Positions 58,592 through 64,000 of a stretch of 64,000 nucleotides of DNA are shown here, in pieces. A program made the position numbers and the translations under genes. Below the pieces are notes generated by a model. The model was not told the origin of the DNA. It worked only from the letters and a program-made list of their open reading frames with translations, and did not search any database. Origin of the DNA: an uncultured Chloroflexia bacterium (lineage in GTDB: Bacteria > Chloroflexota > Limnocylindria > Limnocylindrales > CSP1-4); the NCBI GenBank assembly GCA_963772565.1, contig CAVYXU010000004.1, positions 3,886 to 67,885 of the forward strand, given 5' to 3'. Numbering within the stretch: the first letter of the stretch is position 1; each line of letters begins with the position of its first letter.

Positions 58592-60009
58592 GCAAGCACG
58601 CACGCACGACCGGGACCGCGCCGGCCCTTCCGCAGATGGTGACCACCCGACCGGTGCCGGGCGCACCCAGGCCGTACGAGTTCCCCGATACGCACCGCAC
58701 GACCCTGGCCAACGGGCTGCGCGTCATGGTCACCCCGATGCCCGGCCGCGAGCTCGTATCCGCATCGCTCGCGCTGCGGGCCGGCGCGTCGGACGAGCCG
58801 GATGCGGTGGGCGGGGCAACCGTGCTCCAGGCGCGCGCGCTGACCGAGGGCACCGAGGTTCGCGACGCGATCGAGCTCACCGAGGCCGCCGAGCGGCTCG
58901 GCGCGTCGCTGCATGCCGAGGCCGGCTGGGATGCGACCACGGTCGGGCTGGACGTCCCGGCGACACGGCTGGGAGCCGCACTCGAGCTCATGGTCGAAGT
59001 CATCCGCCGGCCGGCCTTCCCGGACTCCGAGGTCGGACGGCTTCGCGACGAGCGGCTGACGGACCTGCTCCAGGCGAAGGCCGATCCGCGCCGGCGTGCC
59101 GACGTGGCCTACATCGAGACGATCTACGCGCCCTCCAGCCCGTATCACCGCCCCGCCGGCGGGACGGCTGACACGGTGGCCACGCTGACGGCCGATGAGC
59201 TTCGCGGGATCCATCACACCTCGTTCTCGCCCGATCGAGCGGCGCTGGTCGTCGCCGGCGACGTCGACCCGGACGAGGTCGTGCGCACCGTCGAGGCGCA
59301 GCTCGGCGACTGGACCCCGGGTCCCGGTGCCGTGCGCCGCTCGATCGATGACACCGCGGCCGGAACCGGCCGTATCGTGCGCGTCGTCCACCGGCCGGGA
59401 TCGGTGCAGACCGAGATCCGGATCGGGCATCCCGGGCTGCCGCGGCGGCACCCCGACTACCACGCGCTCTCGGTGATGAGCACCATCCTGGGCGGGCTGT
59501 TCAACTCGCGCCTCAACATGAACCTGCGCGAGGACAAGGGCTACACCTACGGCGCCGGTGCCGGCTTCGACCTCCGTCGCGGCCGCGGCCCGTTCACCGC
59601 CCGGGCCGCCGTGAACACCGAGGCAACCGTGCCTGCCATCCGCGAGTTCCTGGTCGAGCTCAATCGCATCCGCGACGAAGCCGTGACCGACGCCGAGCTC
59701 AGGGCCGGCCGCGAGTTCCTGATCGGCGTGTTCCCGCTCCGGTTCGAGACGCCGGGTCCCGTTGCCGGTTCGCTGGCCGGCCTGTTCGTCCACGAGCTGC
59801 CCGACGACGAGCTCACCCGGTACCGCCGCGCGATCGAGGCCGTCACCGGCGCCGACGTGCTGCGGGTCGCGCGCGAGCACATCCGGCCCGAGGCGGCCGC
59901 CATCGTGCTGGTCGGCGACCATGAGCAGTTCGGCACCGACCTCGACGCGGCCGCGTTCGGCCCGCTCGACGTGGAGCGGGAGCTGCCGCCGGGCGCCGCG
60001 GTCGCATAG
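58588..60009 (+). CDS. M16 family peptidase-like protein (non-catalytic partner, no HxxEH)
   Basis: 4-nt overlap with the upstream M16 gene. M16 fold without the zinc motif. Confidence 0.85.
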   Translation: MSKHARTTGTAPALPQMVTTRPVPGAPRPYEFPDTHRTTLANGLRVMVTPMPGRELVSASLALRAGASDEPDAVGGATVLQARALTEGTEVRDAIELTEAAERLGASLHAEAGWDATTVGLDVPATRLGAALELMVEVIRRPAFPDSEVGRLRDERLTDLLQAKADPRRRADVAYIETIYAPSSPYHRPAGGTADTVATLTADELRGIHHTSFSPDRAALVVAGDVDPDEVVRTVEAQLGDWTPGPGAVRRSIDDTAAGTGRIVRVVHRPGSVQTEIRIGHPGLPRRHPDYHALSVMSTILGGLFNSRLNMNLREDKGYTYGAGAGFDLRRGRGPFTARAAVNTEATVPAIREFLVELNRIRDEAVTDAELRAGREFLIGVFPLRFETPGPVAGSLAGLFVHELPDDELTRYRRAIEAVTGADVLRVAREHIRPEAAAIVLVGDHEQFGTDLDAAAFGPLDVERELPPGAAVA

Positions 60010-60163
60010 CGCGCGGCAAGTTTCGCGGGGGTCTCGCAGGGCCATCCGGCAGCACGTCGCCGGCGCGGCCCGCCGGTCGCTGAAACCTTTGCGTCGTCAA
60101 TCGCCTCGGGAGGGGTGAAGCGGGCCCAGCGAGGGGGCCGCACCCCACCGGAGAGACCACTAC

Positions 60164-60652
60164 ATGAAGCTCAACTCCAGGATGATCCGCCCGATCGGCA
60201 CCTCGTTCGTGGCAGTGTTCCTCGTCGCGGGCGCCGCGTTTGCCACCAGCACCTTCGTCGACGGCAGTCGGCACGCGGACACCAGCACCGTCGGGCTCGA
60301 CGCCTCGGCCAGCGACGACGCATCGGCCGGCCTCGAGACCGAGTCGGCCGAGCCGAGCGAGAGCACCAAAGCCGCGTCGCAGGACGCGTCGGCAAGCTTC
60401 GAGACCGAGTCCGCAGAGCCCAGCGAGACCCCCGAGGCAAGCGAGACGCCCGAGGCCAGCGACGACCACAGCAGCAAGAACGACAGCCAGCAGGCTGCCG
60501 CGACCGACAACCACGGCGACGATGCCGACGAGACCTCCGAGGCCGGCGACGACCATGACGGTCCGAACGCGAGCGCGGAGGCGAGCTCCAGCCCCGAGGA
60601 CCACGACGGCTCGGGCGGGGAAGACCACAGTGGAGGTGGCTCGGACGACTGA
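60164..60652 (+). CDS. secreted acidic low-complexity protein rich in D/E/S and DH dipeptides
   Basis: N-terminal signal/TM segment, ETESAEPSE repeats, and DDHS, DNHGDD, DDHDG and EDHSGGGSDD motifs. Confidence 0.65.
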   Translation: MKLNSRMIRPIGTSFVAVFLVAGAAFATSTFVDGSRHADTSTVGLDASASDDASAGLETESAEPSESTKAASQDASASFETESAEPSETPEASETPEASDDHSSKNDSQQAAATDNHGDDADETSEAGDDHDGPNASAEASSSPEDHDGSGGEDHSGGGSDD

Positions 60653-60678
60653 TCCAGTCATCGGTCCCAGCGGGGCAC

Positions 60679-61416
60679 ATGACATCCGTCACGAGATGGG
60701 AGCCGGTCAGGCAGGCGATGATGTCGCCGGGCGCCGGACCGGCACCCACCGGGTCGCCCGATCGGGCGCCGGACCCGGGAGACGCAACGGAGGCCGCCGT
60801 AACGGACCGGACCTGGACCGCCGAGCTACACGACAGGACGACGACCGATGACCGCAGCATCGTCGATGCCGTGCTGGGTGGCGACCGGGATGCCTTTCGC
60901 AAGCTCGTGGAGCGCGAAGGGCCCTCGGTCGTCGCGGCATGCACGCGCGTGCTCGGTGATCGCAGCGAGGCCGAGGACGTCGCCCAGGAGGCCTTCGTGA
61001 TCGCGTACCGCTCGCTGGGGTCCTGGCGCGCCGAAGGCGCGTTCGGCGCCTGGCTGTCGCGGATCGCGGTCCGGCTGGCTGTCCGGCGTGCCGCGCAGCG
61101 CAAGCAGGTCGCCTGGCTCGATCCGATCGCGGCCGATTCCGATCAGCCCGGCCGCGAGCGATTCCGGACCACGAACCCTTCGCAAGCCGCCGACCCGGCG
61201 CACACCGTGCTTCGATCGGAGCGCGACGCGCGACTCCGGATGGCCGTCGCCTCGCTCGACGAGCCGTACCGCGAGGTCGTGGCCCTGCGCTTCTTCGCCG
61301 AGCGGTCGCTGATCGAGATCGCCGAGGCGACCGGCCGGCCGGTGGGCACCGTCAAGACGCACCTGCACCGTGGGCTCGCCCGCCTCCGCGGATCCGTCGA
61401 GGCGGACGACCGATGA
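60679..61416 (+). CDS. ECF-type RNA polymerase sigma-70 factor
   Basis: Region 2 (DVAQEAFVIAYRSL, GAWLSRIA) and region 4 (SLIEIAEATGRPVGTVKTHLHRG). The N-terminal extension makes the start uncertain. Confidence 0.9.
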   Translation: MTSVTRWEPVRQAMMSPGAGPAPTGSPDRAPDPGDATEAAVTDRTWTAELHDRTTTDDRSIVDAVLGGDRDAFRKLVEREGPSVVAACTRVLGDRSEAEDVAQEAFVIAYRSLGSWRAEGAFGAWLSRIAVRLAVRRAAQRKQVAWLDPIAADSDQPGRERFRTTNPSQAADPAHTVLRSERDARLRMAVASLDEPYREVVALRFFAERSLIEIAEATGRPVGTVKTHLHRGLARLRGSVEADDR

Positions 61417-62198
61417 CCGAGATGCGCCCGGGCGGCCAGCCGCGCCCGTTCACCCCTGCCGAGCTCGACGGAGCCTCCGGTCTGCACGCCGACGAGGTTG
61501 CGAGCAACGTGCCCGTGGCGCGCGAGCTCGAGCGGCTCGCCGCCGGCACGACGATGGCGCCGTCCCCGGGCTTCGCGGATCGCGTGATGCAGGCCGTCGC
61601 CGCCGAGCCTGCCCCGTCGCCGGCGCGGCTGGCCGGGCTCGCCCTTCGACGCCTTTCGGTCAGCGCGTTCCTGCTGTCGCTCCGCGACGCATGGCGGGTG
61701 ACCACGAGCGCAGGGTTCCCCGTTGCGGCGCGAGCCCAGGCCATGGCGCTGGTGCTCGTCGTCGCGGCCATGGCGACCGGATCGGGCATGGTCACGGCCG
61801 GTGCCCTCGGCCTGCTCGATGGCGACCATTCGAGCCCCAGCCCTTCGATCGAGCAGCCGGCCGAATCCGCCGAGCCGTCCGCGGACGCGTCCGATACAGC
61901 CGAGCCCAGCGAGGATGCTTCGACCAGCCCCGACGCGTCGCCTGATCCGTCGGAGAGCGCCGGCGATGAGTCGGCCGAGCCGGACGCTTCGACCGAGCCG
62001 TCGGAGACCCCCGACGACCACAGCGGCTCGGGCTCAGGCTCGGACTCGGGCTCCACGCCGAAGCCAACCTCGACGCCATCCCCATCCAGCTCGGATCACG
62101 AGGACCACACCGAGTCGCCCTCGGCCACGCCCAGGCCCAGCCAGACGCCGGGACCGTCCGAGACCCCGCGTCCATCCGAGTCGCCCGGCGACCACTGA
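61413..62198 (+). CDS. putative anti-sigma factor: cytoplasmic N-domain, one TM helix, acidic DH-rich extracytoplasmic tail
   Basis: 4-nt overlap with the sigma gene. TM helix ALVLVVAAMATG. The tail contains DGDHS, DDHSGSGSGS, DHEDH and PGDH. Confidence 0.7.
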   Translation: MTEMRPGGQPRPFTPAELDGASGLHADEVASNVPVARELERLAAGTTMAPSPGFADRVMQAVAAEPAPSPARLAGLALRRLSVSAFLLSLRDAWRVTTSAGFPVAARAQAMALVLVVAAMATGSGMVTAGALGLLDGDHSSPSPSIEQPAESAEPSADASDTAEPSEDASTSPDASPDPSESAGDESAEPDASTEPSETPDDHSGSGSGSDSGSTPKPTSTPSPSSSDHEDHTESPSATPRPSQTPGPSETPRPSESPGDH

Positions 62199-62266
62199 GC
62201 TCCACCGCCACTGACCGTCACCGCCACGACCACCCGCCGGGCGCAGCCGGGGGGTAGGCTGATCCC

Positions 62267-62959
62267 GTGATCGTGGTCGTCGGAAACCCTGCCTGGCGTG
62301 CCGCTGACCCGGCTGGTCCGGCGGGTCGCGCCTGCGACATCGCGCTCGAGACGGCGCAACGAGGATCGAAGGTCGAGCTGGTGGGCCGCACCGGCGATGA
62401 CCTGGCCGGGGATGCGCTCCTCCTCGCGCTCGGGAAGGCCGGCGTCGGGCACGTCGCGATGCTGCGCGATCCGGTGCGTGGCACCCCGGTCATCCCACCG
62501 GAGCCCGACGATTCGGACGACGCTGGCCCGGCCGACGTCAACGATGACCCAACCGTCTCGTCAGCCGCAGATCCGCCCGGCGGCGACGGACCGGGGATCA
62601 GCGCCATGGCGCCCCGCCTCGAGGCTGGCGACGTCTCGCTCGGGCTCGGCTACCTGACCGCGTTCAACGTGCTGGTGGTCGTCGACGGGGTCCCCGAACC
62701 GGTGCTGCCGGTGGCGGTCGAGGCTGCTGCCTACACTGATGCCCATCTCGTGCTGCTGATCGCCGCCGGGACGCTGGAGCCGGTCGGGTTGCCCGCCGCG
62801 GCGACCGTCATCGTCGCCCCGGCGGAGACGGACGACGGCGCGTTCGCGACGTTGGTGGGCGCCTATGCCGCCGCGCTGGACGGGGGCGCCGCACCCGGCC
62901 CCGCCTTTGCCGCCGCGACGCAAAGTGCCGGCTGGGAGGCGCTCGAGCCTTCGGCCTGA
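62267..62959 (+). CDS. PfkB/ribokinase-like protein, short with degenerate motifs
   Basis: N-terminal VVVGNP...GRTGDDLAG resembles the PfkB N-terminus. The C-terminal ETDDGAF is a degenerate DTxGAGD motif. Confidence 0.55.
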   Translation: MIVVVGNPAWRAADPAGPAGRACDIALETAQRGSKVELVGRTGDDLAGDALLLALGKAGVGHVAMLRDPVRGTPVIPPEPDDSDDAGPADVNDDPTVSSAADPPGGDGPGISAMAPRLEAGDVSLGLGYLTAFNVLVVVDGVPEPVLPVAVEAAAYTDAHLVLLIAAGTLEPVGLPAAATVIVAPAETDDGAFATLVGAYAAALDGGAAPGPAFAAATQSAGWEALEPSA

Positions 62960-63004
62960 GCCCGGACCGGCGGACCCGCCCCAGCCTGGCCCCGCTAGCC
63001 GAGC

Positions 63005-63712
63005 CTACGCGAGCCCGAGCCCGTCGGTCGCCGGCCCCTCGAGCTCGACCCGATCGACCAGCGCCGCGCCGTCGTTGCGCACGTTGTTGACCAGCGTCGC
63101 GACCGGGTACGCATCGAGTGTCAGGTCGTCGTTGGGTTCGAGCAGGGCGCGCAGCTCGGCCGGGTCGCGGAGCTCGGGATCGAGCCAGATCGCCCAGGCG
63201 TCGGGCGGGACGACGACGGGCATCCGGTTGTGGATCGCGGCCATGAATGCGTTGGGTCGTGACGTCACGATCGTGAACGTCCGGTGCCACTCGCCGCTCT
63301 CCGGGTCCTGGCGCCCCGTCCACAGCCCGGCCAGTGCCAGCGGCTGGTCCGCCGGGTCCCGGATCAGCATCGGCTGGCGCTTCGATCCCCGTCGGAGCCA
63401 CTCGTAGAAGCCGTCCACCGGAACCAGGCACCGTCGCGTTCGGAAGGCGCCCCGGAACAGCGGGCTGGTCGCAAGCGTCTCGGCGCGCGCGTTGAAGGTG
63501 CGGGCGGCGATCCGCGGGTCGTCCGACCAGGCGGGGATCAGGCCCCAGCCGTAGCGCCGCACCGCGCGGCGGTCCTCGCGCTGGACGACCACCGACGCCT
63601 CGGTCGTGGGCGCCACGTTGTAGTGCTCGCCGGGATCGCCCGCCAGGTCCTCCGCCTCGAAGATCCGGGCGATCTCTGAGGTCGGCCGCTGCTGCGTGAA
63701 CCGTCCGCACAT
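63005..63712 (-). CDS. SOS response-associated peptidase (SRAP/YedK family)
   Basis: N-terminal MCGRF catalytic Cys2, plus NARAET and VPVDGFYEW motifs. Confidence 0.95.
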   Translation of the reverse strand: MCGRFTQQRPTSEIARIFEAEDLAGDPGEHYNVAPTTEASVVVQREDRRAVRRYGWGLIPAWSDDPRIAARTFNARAETLATSPLFRGAFRTRRCLVPVDGFYEWLRRGSKRQPMLIRDPADQPLALAGLWTGRQDPESGEWHRTFTIVTSRPNAFMAAIHNRMPVVVPPDAWAIWLDPELRDPAELRALLEPNDDLTLDAYPVATLVNNVRNDGAALVDRVELEGPATDGLGLA

Positions 63713-63721
63713 CGTGGCGCG

Positions 63722-63727
63722 AGTCTA
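63722..63727 (-). promoter_or_regulatory. -10-like hexamer TAGACT 9 nt upstream of the SRAP ATG
   Basis: The minus strand reads TAGACT-cgcgccaca-ATG, with no SD. Confidence 0.35.
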
Positions 63728-63775
63728 CGTGACGTGGTCGCTGTGCTCCCGCACCACCCCGAGCCGTCCGGCCTC

Positions 63776-64000
63776 ATGTACGCTCGCGCCGTGACAGAAC
63801 ACCCCGACATCGACCTCCAGTCCGTCCTGTCCCACGACGGGCCACTGCCGCGCGATGCGGCACTGGCTGCGCTCGATCATGCGGCGGAGCTGCTCCAGAG
63901 CTCGGACTTCGTCGACGCCGCCCGCCTGTACCAGCGTGTGATCGGGTTCAACGATCCGGCGGTCACGGCCGCAGCCCTGCTGGGCCTCGGAGAGGCATGG
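63776..64000 (+). CDS. partial CDS running off the window end (TPR-like helical N-terminus?)
   Basis: Open frame MYARAVTEHPDIDLQSVLSHDG...LLGLGEAW with high GC3 and no stop before the window end. Confidence 0.4.
   Translation, partial: MYARAVTEHPDIDLQSVLSHDGPLPRDAALAALDHAAELLQSSDFVDAARLYQRVIGFNDPAVTAAALLGLGEAW

Noticed and set aside
60061-60163. ECF-type promoter (GAAAC ... CGTC) upstream of the acidic-protein gene
   Set aside because: A GAAACC element exists at about 60083, but no properly spaced -10 CGT-type element follows. This is too weak to report as a feature.

Overview
High-GC (~70%) chromosomal segment, densely coding, probably from an Actinomycetota-like or related high-GC monoderm (inference from leaderless-type promoters, an MprAB/PepD-like module, an Arr homolog and DinB-fold proteins). 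I found no transposase, integrase, CRISPR array or rRNA. There is one tRNA-Lys(CTT). Most genes are metabolic or housekeeping: carAB with a PyrR-type leader, folE, an acyl-CoA mutase split over two loci with meaB-hbd-thiolase-ALDH, modAB, an M16 peptidase pair, an ABC-2 exporter and copC. The most unusual locus is a five-gene, translationally coupled [NiFe]-hydrogenase operon (36909-42219): Tat small subunit, large subunit, cytochrome b, maturation protease, and a membrane-anchored heptaheme cytochrome c. By-eye alignment suggests the small subunit has Glu and Ser at two of the four canonical proximal-cluster cysteines, and the large subunit has Gly at the proton-gate Glu of the RIEGH motif. 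Other notable signals are three 19-bp MprA-box-like direct repeats around a protease/response-regulator/kinase module, a 24-bp motif repeated in intergenic regions at 9.7-12.6 kb, and a PyrR loop plus uORF before carA. Three +1 frameshifts lie in G/C runs, one of them in carB, so the assembly probably carries single-base indel errors. In this GC range most long ORFs antisense to real genes in the track are shadow ORFs, and I ignored them.
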